64,000 nucleotides of DNA from Nitrosopumilus sp. (lineage in GTDB: Archaea > Thermoproteota > Nitrososphaeria > Nitrososphaerales > Nitrosopumilaceae): NCBI GenBank assembly GCA_965206745.1, contig OZ242220.1:928001-992000 (forward strand), given 5' to 3'. A program made the translations under genes and the position numbers. Below are positions 8,622-18,461 of the stretch, in pieces (within the stretch, counting starts at the first letter, position 1; each line of letters opens with the position of its first letter). Under the pieces are notes generated by a model. It was not told where the DNA came from and made no database searches. It saw nothing but the letters and a program-made list of their open reading frames with translations.

Positions 8622-8944
8622 TATGCTTTGACCTCCACCACAACATATGATACTGATTTGGAGATTGGCCTGCACTCTGCAGTTAATACGTGATCCCCTG
8701 TTTCAACATCCATGCAACCTGGAACATGTGCGTGAATGGTGCTTGTTCCTCTTGCATATCTCTTAAACTTGCTAAAGTAAATAGGCGCATCTTTCTGCAG
8801 TGTGATGGTCTGCTTTGCCTTGCTGCCTGTTACCTTGCCATCAAATAATTTTCCTCTGACTGATAAACCCCCGTGGAAGGGACAATGTTTGTCTGCACAT
8901 TCCCTTGTTGGTTCTTTGACTTTTAATCCGATATTTTGAGTCAT
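8621..8944 (-). CDS. rps17: 30S ribosomal protein uS17
   Basis: CADKHCPFHG...ECRPISK. Confidence 0.97.
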   Translation of the reverse strand: MTQNIGLKVKEPTRECADKHCPFHGGLSVRGKLFDGKVTGSKAKQTITLQKDAPIYFSKFKRYARGTSTIHAHVPGCMDVETGDHVLTAECRPISKSVSYVVVEVKA

Positions 8945-9207
8945 GATCTTCTCCCGATTCTCTCAAATGGTCTTTTTGAAATCCTGCTTCCTTTTACAAC
9001 CACGTCTCTTCCTTGGATTGAGAATTTCCAGCTGTTGGTTGATTTTGCAATCGATTTTGCCCCATTTTCTGTGTTAATTGTGAACATTGATTTTGTTTCA
9101 TTGATGATCCTTCCATTTAATCCTATTACTTGGGGGTTGGTGGATTCAATGATCTCAGTATCTAATCCTATGAGTTCGTGTGATGTGATGTTGTCTGCTG
9201 TAATCAT
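8941..9207 (-). CDS. rnp1: Ribonuclease P protein component 1 (Rpp29/Pop4)
   Basis: HELIGL...G.IINETK...RPFERI; canonical position. Confidence 0.92.
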   Translation of the reverse strand: MITADNITSHELIGLDTEIIESTNPQVIGLNGRIINETKSMFTINTENGAKSIAKSTNSWKFSIQGRDVVVKGSRISKRPFERIGRRS

Positions 9208-9410
9208 TTCTCATTCCTCACCTCAGTCAGCCTAGTTAGCATTCTTGCAATGTCGTGTCGCATTGGCTTTAACTTTCCACTCTTTTTTCGCAACGTCCCT
9301 TTAGATGCATCAACCCTGAGTTTGGTTAGTTCACTGCGCGTTTCTTGGATTTTGCTTTTGAGATCTTTTTCACTTAGCTGCTTAATCGTCTTCATGCTGA
9401 GTCTGGTCAT
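9204..9410 (-). CDS. rpl29: 50S ribosomal protein uL29
   Basis: RHDIARMLT; operon position. Confidence 0.95.
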   Translation of the reverse strand: MTRLSMKTIKQLSEKDLKSKIQETRSELTKLRVDASKGTLRKKSGKLKPMRHDIARMLTRLTEVRNEK

Positions 9411-10195
9411 TTTAATTTGTTCTCCTCTTCCTCTAGTGTTTCAATTTTTTCTATTTTCTTTGCCTCTAGTGATATTTTCTCTGATTCTGATTCTGCCTTG
9501 TCTTGCTTGCCTTCCACCTTGACAACCTCCACTTTTGAGCCTTCGACTTCTATCTCTTCCACCTTGACGGTCGGCTTTTCAGCAGTTTTTGCCTTCTTTG
9601 TCTTTTCTTTCCTCATTTCAAACTCTGGAACGAATTTCTCTTTTCTTGCGATTCTGATTCTAATCCCAATTAGCCCCATTGCTGTCTTTACATGCGCAAT
9701 GTCTTCATCAACTATGACTTCTGCATGGTGTCCTGCTCTTGGCAGAATTCCCTGAGTGTGCTTTTCAAATGCCGAACGATCTCCTCTGAGTTTTCCTGAA
9801 ATTGTAATTTGAACGCCCATTGCGCCGCCTTCCATTATCTGTTTTAGTGTCCACATTGTTGCCCTTCTAAATGCGGTTCCCCTCTCCAAATGCGATGCCA
9901 TTCTGTTACACATTACGCTTGGTGCAAGCTCTGGTTTTTCAATCTCTACGACTGAAATTTGGGGATTTTTTAATCCAAAGTCTAATGCAAGCTTGTCAGT
10001 TAATGCTCTGATTCCAGAACCTTTTCTGCCTATTACTATTCCCGGTCTTGTTACGTGCAATGCGACTCTGGTCCCTACCGGTGTCTTTGAAATTTCTGCA
10101 TGGGAGAAACCTGCGTCCTTGATTGCGTCCCTGAGATAGTCTTTGAGCAACATCATGTTGTAGTTGTCTTTGATCACATTCTTTACAGCCGACAT
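9407..10195 (-). CDS. rps3: 30S ribosomal protein uS3 with charged C-terminal extension
   Basis: [12 protein letters not shown] motif and ISGKLRG. Confidence 0.97.
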   Translation of the reverse strand: MSAVKNVIKDNYNMMLLKDYLRDAIKDAGFSHAEISKTPVGTRVALHVTRPGIVIGRKGSGIRALTDKLALDFGLKNPQISVVEIEKPELAPSVMCNRMASHLERGTAFRRATMWTLKQIMEGGAMGVQITISGKLRGDRSAFEKHTQGILPRAGHHAEVIVDEDIAHVKTAMGLIGIRIRIARKEKFVPEFEMRKEKTKKAKTAEKPTVKVEEIEVEGSKVEVVKVEGKQDKAESESEKISLEAKKIEKIETLEEEENKLK

Positions 10196-10197
10196 TT

Positions 10198-10656
10198 CTA
10201 AATCTCCCTTGCCACCAATTCTACGTGGGTCAGTACGTTGTTCTTTGGGGTTGCCCTTCCCATTGCTCTTGGAATGAATCTTTTTACTGTGACTCCTTTG
10301 TGAACAGTTGCGTTTACAATTCTCAGTCTGTCCAAATCCATTCCCTTGTATTCTGCGTTTGATTCCAAATTATCTATGACTTTGATGAACTCTTTTGCAG
10401 TTTTTTGTGGATAGCGCCCTGACATTACTCCTGGGTCTGGTTTGTGTCCCACTTGATTTTTATATCTTCTAAATGGAACTGCCCTCTTTTTGTTAATCAC
10501 TGCAATTAGATAGTCTCTTGCTTTTTCAATTGACAGTCCTTTGATTGACACGGCCACTTCGCGCGCATGCTTGTGTGAGATGTCTTTTTCTCTTAATGAA
10601 GAACGTACGTGTCTTGTTGGGTCGTAATTTTGGAAAGCGTAGTTGAATCTGCCCAT
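10198..10656 (-). CDS. rpl22: 50S ribosomal protein uL22
   Basis: SGRYPQK...PRAMGRATP. Confidence 0.97.
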   Translation of the reverse strand: MGRFNYAFQNYDPTRHVRSSLREKDISHKHAREVAVSIKGLSIEKARDYLIAVINKKRAVPFRRYKNQVGHKPDPGVMSGRYPQKTAKEFIKVIDNLESNAEYKGMDLDRLRIVNATVHKGVTVKRFIPRAMGRATPKNNVLTHVELVAREI

Positions 10657-10661
10657 GATAA

Positions 10662-11057
10662 TCACTTTAATGGTACGTAAAGGCTGGATCTTGATGCGCC
10701 GACACCTGGTGCACCATGTGAAACCTTCTTGTTCGTTATTACATATTCTCCCAGATAATGCCCAATCATCTCAGTCGTTATTACAACTGGTTGGAACTCT
10801 TTTCCGGAGAATGTGTTTACTGTAACTCCTACCATGTATGGCAGGACAATCAAATCTCTGACGTGAGTTTTGATAGGATTCTTTAATTTGCCTGCTTTTG
10901 CAGACTTTATCTCTTCAATTAATTTTCTTTTTCCGTCTGTGATTCCTCTTGTAAGTGATCGCCTCTGTCTTGAATTAAACAGCAGGAATAATTTTTCTAG
11001 TGACAGACTATCTAGCTCCTCTTTTGGAATGCCTCTGTATAAAAATTCTTTAACCAT
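10662..11057 (-). CDS. rps19: 30S ribosomal protein uS19
   Basis: IKTHVRD...MIGHYLGEY...GASRSS. Confidence 0.97.
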   Translation of the reverse strand: MVKEFLYRGIPKEELDSLSLEKLFLLFNSRQRRSLTRGITDGKRKLIEEIKSAKAGKLKNPIKTHVRDLIVLPYMVGVTVNTFSGKEFQPVVITTEMIGHYLGEYVITNKKVSHGAPGVGASRSSLYVPLK

Positions 11058-11101
11058 CTCTCTTCTCCTCTGTTAATGTACTTCGAGTTTTATAGTCCAT
11101 A

Positions 11102-11368
11102 TTAGAGCATTCCTATCTTTGTTGCCAAATCCCTGGCTTTTTCGGTATTTTCAAATTGAACAAAAGCCTTTTTACCATAAATCGTCCTTGCCGTGTTTAC
11201 TTTTTTGACATTATGATTGTAAAGGGCCTTTACTGCCTGTGAAATTTCTGACTTATTTGCAGATATCTCCACTATGAAACAGATCTTGCTTTCATTCTCG
11301 ATCATTGCAAAGGTCTTTTCTGTAATGTACGGCTTTATGATGATCTTCATTGCCTGTTCAACATTCAT
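11102..11368 (-). CDS. rpl23: 50S ribosomal protein uL23
   Basis: PYITEK...ANKSEI...KVNT...KKAFV. Confidence 0.97.
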   Translation of the reverse strand: MNVEQAMKIIIKPYITEKTFAMIENESKICFIVEISANKSEISQAVKALYNHNVKKVNTARTIYGKKAFVQFENTEKARDLATKIGML

Positions 11369-12177
11369 TGTGTTTTCACCATTATTTCAAGATGTACTGA
11401 TTTTATCTTTCCAATCGCCTCTATTGCTGATTTGGAATATACTGTTAGTCTGATTGGGTCTGAACCTGGGGCCAAATCCAACACGCTCAAATTTTTGACA
11501 TCCCTTACCTCCACTCCTGGTACTGCGCCTGTTGCTTTTGAAAGATTTGATGAATCTGCTGTCACAAACAATACGCTTTTTCCTATCTTCTTGGTTCTAC
11601 CTCTGAGTCTTGATTGTCCAGAGCGGTGCTTTCTTGCGTCTAGTCTTTGCACATCCTGTGTTAGATTCAATGCGTCTAAGACTTTGACAATCTCGCTTGT
11701 TTTGCTAACTGATTCTATGTCGTCTGAGACTATGATTGGGAATGACTCTATACCCTTGACCTTGTGACCTCTTAACTCGACAAGTTCTTTTGATGCTGTT
11801 GCTGCAATTGCAGAGCACAGTGCTAGCTTGTTCTCTTTTTTGTTTAACTTTTTGTAAATTACCCTCTCTACGATTGGCGGATGTGCTTGTCTTCCCCCTC
11901 TGGTAGATGCTACCTCTGCCCCCTGTCCCTGTCTTCCGCCTCCGCCTCCTTGCATTCTCGCTACACGGGAGACTCCTTGACCTGTGGGGGGATCGTTTGA
12001 ATCTGCAACCACATCCATGCCTGCGTTTGGTTTTCTTCCCTGTCTTTGGAATTTGTGGGACGTTAAATTGGTAACAGCTTTGTGAATCAAATCCTTCCTA
12101 TATGGCGTTGAGAAGATTACGGGCAGTTCGATATCTGCATCCTTTGTCCCGTCAATTGTGTATGATGTCGTCTTCAT
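11365..12177 (-). CDS. rpl4: 50S ribosomal protein uL4
   Basis: TGQGVSRVAR...GGRQAHPP...LAPG. Confidence 0.97.
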   Translation of the reverse strand: MKTTSYTIDGTKDADIELPVIFSTPYRKDLIHKAVTNLTSHKFQRQGRKPNAGMDVVADSNDPPTGQGVSRVARMQGGGGGRQGQGAEVASTRGGRQAHPPIVERVIYKKLNKKENKLALCSAIAATASKELVELRGHKVKGIESFPIIVSDDIESVSKTSEIVKVLDALNLTQDVQRLDARKHRSGQSRLRGRTKKIGKSVLFVTADSSNLSKATGAVPGVEVRDVKNLSVLDLAPGSDPIRLTVYSKSAIEAIGKIKSVHLEIMVKTQ

Positions 12178-13172
12178 CAGATGACTACCTCCAAAATGTT
12201 TGGCTTGATAACTTTGTCTGGCGCATTTCTGATTTGACTCCTTAGTTTGATTAATCTCTTGTACGTTCCTGGAACTGAACCTTTTAGAATGATAAAGTCT
12301 CCTTTGACTAGTCCAAAGTGTTTGTAACCCCCATCAGGGTTGATCTTAATCTTGTCTGATTCGGTATTGCCCATAATCATAATTCGCTTATCATATTCCA
12401 CTCTTTGATGGAACCCAGTCTGTCCTGCTCTTGGAACTGTATACATGACGCTTTGTGGTGAGATTGGACCCAGTGAACCCACTTCTCTAACCGTTTTTCT
12501 TGATTTGTGCTGTTTCTTTTTGACACCCCATCTTCTCAACACTCCTTGCCATCCGTGACCTTTTGTAATTGCTGCAACATCCACAGTTGCACCCGTTTCA
12601 AAAATTTGCTCGATTTTAATCTCCTTTCCTAGTGACTCTTTGACATGTGCAAACTGTTTTTTAATATCCCCTCCACTGACCATTGCCTCAAAAATATACG
12701 GCTTCTTCATCTCTAATCCTGCCGCTCTTGGAGAAACTGCAACAATCGCATAAATCTCTTTAATTCTCTTTAATCTTGACTCTGCATTTTCAATTGAACC
12801 TGCAATATTTTTTATGTTGATCTCCTTTGCGATATTTTTTGGAATATCTTCTGCATACACGTCAAACTCTGCATGCTTTCCATCGTGATCTTTTGAATAT
12901 CCCCTAATTCCTAGGATCAAGACTGGAGGCGTGACTAACACTGTGCCCAAACTAACTAGCTGCTTTCCTGCATTTGGCACTTTGTCACGATCATCGATGC
13001 TGACTATCTGCACGCATCCTGCTTTGAATCCACAGTGTGCTAAAATTTTTGGTTCGTCTGTTGCTGATAATTTTGGCCAAGCTCTGATTCTTGCCTCCAT
13101 GCTTTTTGCACGTACCCTGCGTGAGTATGCAAGACTTCCTCTGCGTGGTTGATGTCGTTTTCGAGCTCCCAT
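12177..13172 (-). CDS. rpl3: 50S ribosomal protein uL3
   Basis: PRRGSL...GFKAG...ITKGHGWQG...KGSVPG. Confidence 0.97.
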   Translation of the reverse strand: MGARKRHQPRRGSLAYSRRVRAKSMEARIRAWPKLSATDEPKILAHCGFKAGCVQIVSIDDRDKVPNAGKQLVSLGTVLVTPPVLILGIRGYSKDHDGKHAEFDVYAEDIPKNIAKEINIKNIAGSIENAESRLKRIKEIYAIVAVSPRAAGLEMKKPYIFEAMVSGGDIKKQFAHVKESLGKEIKIEQIFETGATVDVAAITKGHGWQGVLRRWGVKKKQHKSRKTVREVGSLGPISPQSVMYTVPRAGQTGFHQRVEYDKRIMIMGNTESDKIKINPDGGYKHFGLVKGDFIILKGSVPGTYKRLIKLRSQIRNAPDKVIKPNILEVVI

Positions 13173-13220
13173 GACTAAAACGCATCATCGATTTCCCTCT
13201 ATTAAACCATGTGTGATGTC

Positions 13221-13248
13221 GTTAACCATCAAAAAAATCCAGGTTAAC
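13221..13248 (-). promoter_or_regulatory. BirA-type operator GTTAACC-N14-GGTTAAC upstream of the rpl3 operon promoter
   Basis: Same arms and spacer as the site before bioB; 14 bp upstream of a TTTAATA TATA-like box (13200-13206, minus strand). Confidence 0.7.
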
Positions 13249-13263
13249 CAACTATGCCTATTT

Positions 13264-13374
13264 TCATGGCAAAATTAATTCCGAGACAGAATTCCAAATT
13301 GTAAATCCCCCAATAATGATCCCGGCAGCTCCCAAACCGATTGCCAATAACAGGAAATTTTTTCTTTCAGGCAT
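13264..13374 (-). CDS. 36-aa single-TM microprotein
   Basis: Hand translation MPERKNFLLLAIGLGAAGIIIGGFTIWNSVSELILP; starts 7 nt after the SPOUT gene stop. Confidence 0.55.
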   Translation of the reverse strand: MPERKNFLLLAIGLGAAGIIIGGFTIWNSVSELILP

Positions 13375-13381
13375 ATCCAGA

Positions 13382-14188
13382 TTAATTGTTGGCATTAATT
13401 ATTGCTAGTGTTCCTAGCAGTGCTTCTTCTAGGCGTACGGTTTCTGTTGCTTGGTTTGGGAAAAAGTTTATCGACTTTGCATTTTGAACCTTGTTCATTC
13501 TTCCACCGATGATCTCATGAACTCCCCTTTCAGGTGACCCGAAAACCACAAGGGTGGACTCGCCTGATTTTTTATATTTTGACAATTGCTCGCTTGATAC
13601 TGGCTTTCCCTTCCTTGATGTTATGATGATGTTTCCCTTCCATTCTGATAATATTGAAAACAAGTTTGCTCTTTCTTTAACAGAGTATCCCCAGTATGTT
13701 GGAACCTCGCTCTTGTCTATGTCCTTGATTGATAGTTTTGGATAGCCTTCTTTGAATTTGACTGTGACCCTTTTTCCAATTGAAACGCTGCCATAATACT
13801 GGATTAGCTGATTAATCCCGACATCTACAAATTTCTTGCCCTTTGCACCTATTACGATGCCTTCCCTGATGTCTCCTGTGATGATTTTCTTAGAATTTAC
13901 TGGCGTATTGTGACTTGGAATTTTTAATGGTTGCAAAACCCCTGCAAACTTTAAATCATTCATTTTGGAAAATAACCTTCTTCTCAAAAACTGCGGCGTC
14001 TCCAAATATTTTAGAATCATTATCATTAGTCCAAGATCCGGCTTTTTACTCCCTTCTTGGTAGACATAGATCGTATCAATTTTAAAAATCGCGCATGCTC
14101 TGGCCAGAACTGAGATCTTTCTTGTCTTGTCAATTTTTAGCGATTCATCTGATAAAGCAGACTCGGGAATTGCAACAGATAATTTCAA
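13382..14188 (-). CDS. SPOUT-family RNA methyltransferase (DUF171)
   Basis: LSVAIPES...YLETPQFLR...VFGSPERG...PNQATETVRLEEA. Confidence 0.9.
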   Translation of the reverse strand: MKLSVAIPESALSDESLKIDKTRKISVLARACAIFKIDTIYVYQEGSKKPDLGLMIMILKYLETPQFLRRRLFSKMNDLKFAGVLQPLKIPSHNTPVNSKKIITGDIREGIVIGAKGKKFVDVGINQLIQYYGSVSIGKRVTVKFKEGYPKLSIKDIDKSEVPTYWGYSVKERANLFSILSEWKGNIIITSRKGKPVSSEQLSKYKKSGESTLVVFGSPERGVHEIIGGRMNKVQNAKSINFFPNQATETVRLEEALLGTLAIINANN

Positions 14189-14219
14189 TATAATTTAATC
14201 TCACAGGTGCCTTAAATAA

Positions 14220-14957
14220 TTATTTTTGGTCGTGTGGGTATTTTGCCTTGGCATCGTTTGCATATTTTGTAATTTGTTCATCTGATATCAGCTCATACAA
14301 TCCTGTTTCCTTTTTAATACATGCCATTCTGATGTGATTTGTTCCTTCCTTATCTTCGCTTGAAAGATAAATCCCTGCAGTGGCCAACACTGCTGTGTCA
14401 TCAAGTGAAAGATCTCCCTTGTATGCCTTTTCCAAAAAGTCTGTCACTTGATCAGAGCCGGAACCGATTGCTATTGCGTCATAGGAGATGTATGTGCCAC
14501 TAGGATCTGTTAGATACAACTGAGGTGTGTTATTTACAACTCCTCCGAGAATCAGTGCCACACCAAATGGTCTTACGCCGGCATACTGGGTATATTGCTG
14601 GCATTGATCGGCCAAATGTTTGGCAATAGTTTCAACTTCGACTGGTTCGTCATAAACCATCTTGTTACTTTGAGAAAAGAATCTTGCATTGTCTACCTGA
14701 CTTCTTGCATCTGGAATGTATCCTGCGGCTGCCACTCCAACATGATCATCTATTTGAAAGATCTTTTGAGCAATATCTGAAATCTGTAATTTTCTTGGTT
14801 TTTCTTCAACTGCGATAATGATGCCATCTTTGCATTTTATGCCTACTGCAATTGTCCCCCTTCTAACAGTTTCAATGGCGTATTCTACTTGGTATAGTCT
14901 GCCGTCTGGGGAGAACACTGTGATTGCTCTATCGTAACCTTGTTGTGCAGGAAGCAT
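14220..14957 (-). CDS. psmA: Proteasome alpha subunit
   Basis: YDRAITVFSPDGRLYQVEYA signature. Confidence 0.97.
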   Translation of the reverse strand: MLPAQQGYDRAITVFSPDGRLYQVEYAIETVRRGTIAVGIKCKDGIIIAVEEKPRKLQISDIAQKIFQIDDHVGVAAAGYIPDARSQVDNARFFSQSNKMVYDEPVEVETIAKHLADQCQQYTQYAGVRPFGVALILGGVVNNTPQLYLTDPSGTYISYDAIAIGSGSDQVTDFLEKAYKGDLSLDDTAVLATAGIYLSSEDKEGTNHIRMACIKKETGLYELISDEQITKYANDAKAKYPHDQK

Positions 14958-15091
14958 TTGATTGCAATGCTTTGATTATACAATTTAAACCATGCCAATA
15001 ATTACGAGGAATTACCACGTTGATCGGAGCCTATCCTGCAAAGAATATTGCAAATCAAACGTTAATTTGAAACTTGAGTTGTAATTGATTT

Positions 15092-15538
15092 ATGAAGTTT
15101 GAAATTGCATTTTCTGGGCATGAAAATATCCGCTCCAACCACAAAAAGACACTGGAGATCACCAGGGAATCTCATTTGACACCCAGAGGGGATTGCATCG
15201 TCGGTGTCAATGCAAAATCAGGCTGTGCTGACTTGCCTGATGAGCTAAAAAACAAACTTAGAAACTCTGACTCAAAAGTGACTATCTCAATTAAAGTTGG
15301 CAACGATATCTTTGTGATGGAAGGAAGAGGACATCCTAGTCTAATTCTGAGCCATGCTGAGGATATTGTTATCAGAAAAAGCGACTTTGTTTGTCCACGA
15401 ACGCTTGCAGTAAAGTGCGACAAGGCATCTGATCTGCTACCTCGGAGCATGGTAGCCCTGTTACAAAATCCCGAAACGGTAGGCATCCTCACAATTACTG
15501 TTAAATCACCAAAAGATCCGACTGTACTCCCAAATTAA
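15092..15538 (+). CDS. DUF371 domain protein
   Basis: GHENIRSNHKKTLEITRESHLTPRGDCIVGV. Confidence 0.88.
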   Translation: MKFEIAFSGHENIRSNHKKTLEITRESHLTPRGDCIVGVNAKSGCADLPDELKNKLRNSDSKVTISIKVGNDIFVMEGRGHPSLILSHAEDIVIRKSDFVCPRTLAVKCDKASDLLPRSMVALLQNPETVGILTITVKSPKDPTVLPN

Positions 15539-15559
15539 CTAAAAAAATCTGATTTTTCA

Positions 15560-15918
15560 TACATTTGGATCTACTGTGATCCTGATAATAAAAGAGAAGA
15601 TTGATGTTCCAATCACCGATAGCATGACTGATTGGTATGTCGTGTTATAACAAACCATGTTTGCAATGATGCGACATCCCTTGAGATGGCTCCGATGAAA
15701 TATTAGATGAGGCCGAGGAAATTCAGACAGGTTACAAGGATATGAAGAGAATCCTGCCGCGTACGACCAGTACGAATAGTTCTATTCGACTGTTTTTGCT
15801 TTATCTCTCCATCATGGTGTACGATACATGGGTCTCTGCAAAGATATATCCTGGTATCCTGATGACTCTACTCATGACTATATCACGTATGATGGATGTT
15901 GCAATCGGAGGTATGTAG
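15560..15918 (+). mobile_element. Decayed ISH3/IS4-superfamily transposase, C-terminal relic
   Basis: Frameshifted YVV(F)ITN, then Y*MR, then EIQTGYKDMKRILPRTTSTNSSIRLFLLYLSIMVYDTW, resembling the RWGIETxYR..K..RTTS.N..RLF..S..YN.W region. Confidence 0.7.
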
Positions 15919-16024
15919 ACAGCAAAGAAAAAGTCACCTGATAATGGTCAGTCGAGGAAAGGGATGCAATCGGAATTTCCGCTGACACTGTCACAATTTT
16001 ATAGGCTATCCTCCAATTTTGTTC

Positions 16025-16144
16025 ATGGGTCGGAAAACAAACTTCTTTCTTCTTGTTCCTTTGGCCACTTTTGCTGCCATCATTATTGGATTTGGCCTTT
16101 ACAATACGATCTGTAAAAACTCAAACATTCCAATTAATTGCTAG
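16025..16144 (+). CDS. Possible 39-aa single-TM microprotein
   Basis: Hand translation MGRKTNFFLLVPLATFAAIIIGFGLYNTICKNSNIPINC. Confidence 0.35.
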   Translation: MGRKTNFFLLVPLATFAAIIIGFGLYNTICKNSNIPINC

Positions 16145-16169
16145 GTAGGGAAAAACTATTTGGGATTTG

Positions 16170-17870
16170 TCATGTTCTCTCTACTGCACTGTAGGTGTCC
16201 TTGTCTGTATCCCACGTAATTCGAATTTCAGAATCCTGCTCATATATTGATAACAGTATTTCTAAATCTTCTTTTAGTGCATTGTCTATAATTTCCAATA
16301 TTCGGAATTTCTCTTTGATCGAGGTTTTCTCTACAGCCGAATAATTTTCACGGACGTTTGTCATTTGTGTAGTAAAGCTCTCCCTGGATATCTCGCCTCT
16401 GTTGATTTTGTCTGAAAGAATTTTTTCTTCGCCATGTTGCTTTCCTTTCATTTCAATGAATATCAAAGCATATTTCTTTTCAATATCCTCTCTTTGAAGG
16501 TCATAGTTATCATGAATTTTTTTGATTTTTAGATCAAATCCGGATATTTTTTTTGCAATTCTGTCCTGATTCAATCGTATTTCTGTTAATTCATCTGGAA
16601 TGACCTGTATTTCTTTGCGTACTGGACTTCCCATCTCATACTTTATCCATATTTCTGCGGTGTACTCTGTTACACAAACATAGTCCTTTGCCTGATGTCT
16701 ATAAATCAAAATATAATTATCCCTACACTCAGTCTCAGAATCTGATTCACTTAATTCCTCCCATGATGATGTATCGTTTGGATTAGATGCCAGATAACCT
16801 GGATTTGTCCTGTAATCCAAGTAATACTGTCGTAATTGCTCTCCAGATATACCTAAATTGAATTTTCCATCTTCATCAAATAATACCTGTTGATTATAGT
16901 ATGCATCTCCCTTTAAAATATTATACAGTGCATTAACTGACACCATTTCAACTCGGGTAATTTTTGCTGCATCGGCAAAAGCATCCCTTGCTTCTATTGG
17001 TCCTCCGCCATTTTGAAGTACTTTTTTCATTGCACTATGACCTGCTTTAACTTTAGATGCTGTAAATTTTAGAGGATTATCATAGATGCTATTTGAAAAT
17101 TGTGCAGGATCACCTTCGAGTGTTCGTTCCAACAGTTTTTCAAATGAATGATATTCCCATTTTGCTTCCCATTTTTTCAAATCATTATCCAAATATGCTA
17201 AAATTGACTCCTTTTTTTCTTCGAGTTCTCTTTGCTTTTCTGTTGCTTTAAATTCTTTATTTTGTAATTTATCAATCCATCTCTTACTTTTTTCAATTTT
17301 ATTTAAAATATCTTGAGCCACCGGATCATTTGCCAAATCTCCACCCAGTACCGTTCGTTGATTGGTTATCTGCTCATCTATTTGCTCATCTACCTGTTTT
17401 TTGACCTGTTTGTCTACTCCAAATTCTTTCTTTTGCAGTTTATCAACATCCCTCTTACTTTTTTCAATTTTATTTAAAATATCTTGAGCCACCGGATCAT
17501 TTGCCAAATCTCCACCCAGTACCGTTCGTTGATTGTCTACCTGTTTCTCTATCCCTCCAAATTTTTTCTTTTCTAGTCCATCAATCCACTTCTCAGTTTC
17601 ATCAATCCACTTCTCAGTTTCACCTCTCTCATCTAAAATATCTCCACCCAGCACAGTTCGTTGATTGTCTATTGTTCCAAATTCTTTCTTTTGCAGTTTA
17701 TCAACATCTCTCTTACTTTTTTCAATTTTATTTAAAATATCTTGAGCCACCGGATCATTTGCCAAATCTCCACCCAGTACCGTTCGTTGATTGTCTATTT
17801 GAGCATGGGCAATATTGATGGAGATCATCAAAGCAATAACAGTTAAAATTACAAAACCTGCGACTTTCAT
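16170..17870 (-). CDS. Secreted coiled-coil protein with triplicated N-terminal module
   Basis: Signal peptide; NQRTVLGGDLANDPVAQDILNKIEKSKR x3; C..Y.LIYR....YVCV motif. Confidence 0.85.
   Translation of the reverse strand: MKVAGFVILTVIALMISINIAHAQIDNQRTVLGGDLANDPVAQDILNKIEKSKRDVDKLQKKEFGTIDNQRTVLGGDILDERGETEKWIDETEKWIDGLEKKKFGGIEKQVDNQRTVLGGDLANDPVAQDILNKIEKSKRDVDKLQKKEFGVDKQVKKQVDEQIDEQITNQRTVLGGDLANDPVAQDILNKIEKSKRWIDKLQNKEFKATEKQRELEEKKESILAYLDNDLKKWEAKWEYHSFEKLLERTLEGDPAQFSNSIYDNPLKFTASKVKAGHSAMKKVLQNGGGPIEARDAFADAAKITRVEMVSVNALYNILKGDAYYNQQVLFDEDGKFNLGISGEQLRQYYLDYRTNPGYLASNPNDTSSWEELSESDSETECRDNYILIYRHQAKDYVCVTEYTAEIWIKYEMGSPVRKEIQVIPDELTEIRLNQDRIAKKISGFDLKIKKIHDNYDLQREDIEKKYALIFIEMKGKQHGEEKILSDKINRGEISRESFTTQMTNVRENYSAVEKTSIKEKFRILEIIDNALKEDLEILLSIYEQDSEIRITWDTDKDTYSAVERT
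17281..17793 (-). repeat. Three 84-bp dispersed coding repeats plus a partial copy and a 21-bp tandem pair
   Basis: Copies at 17281-17364, 17452-17535 and 17710-17793; ETEKWID x2 at about 17581-17622. Confidence 0.85.
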
Positions 17871-18084
17871 ATTTCAAAAATTGTTTTTTTGTATTTAGCG
17901 TGTGCTGATGATTCATTAGTAAAAATAGGGATTTTATGACTAAATGGATAACTGATCGGTATCTTTTGAAATGTGTTGTAGGTGATCGATCAACTTTGAT
18001 TAAAAGAATTCGGTTTGTGGTGTAATGTTTTTGTTAATTCTGCTTTAGCAAGATTCTATTAAACTATGAATTAGATCCCTTGTC

Positions 18085-18426
18085 ATGGTGAAATCCAAAA
18101 TAGAATTACCAATTTCCCAAATGCCCACAGATGCTGAATTAAAGAAACTAAAGGATTACTTTAAAGACATGCCTGTGACTGAAATCCTTAGTGGACTAAA
18201 ATTTGCCAAGAATAGGTGGTCTGCAAAAGATGCCGGCACTCTAAAAGTAGGAAGGAAAAGTATTATCCAAAAGGAAGTCCACTCAGTCACTACAGAACAA
18301 GCCCAATGGAGGCTGAAAAATTGGAAGATGATGATTGCAAATTACCGTAGGCGTGGATACAGTTATCCTACTATTTCTCGAATAAAGAAAATTTTGGTTC
18401 AAAAAAGCAAAAAAAGATCAAAGTAA
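18085..18426 (+). CDS. Basic conserved hypothetical protein (possible nucleic-acid binding)
   Basis: ORF track; C-terminal RGYSYPTISRI is HTH-like. Confidence 0.75.
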   Translation: MVKSKIELPISQMPTDAELKKLKDYFKDMPVTEILSGLKFAKNRWSAKDAGTLKVGRKSIIQKEVHSVTTEQAQWRLKNWKMMIANYRRRGYSYPTISRIKKILVQKSKKRSK

Positions 18427-18461
18427 TTCTCTAAAAATTTATTCTAAAAAACAGGAATAGG

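Noticed and set aside
11057-11102. Absence of rpl2 between rpl23 and rps19, and the operon ending at rpl6
   Set aside because: Probably a lineage-level operon split with these genes elsewhere; loss cannot be inferred from this window
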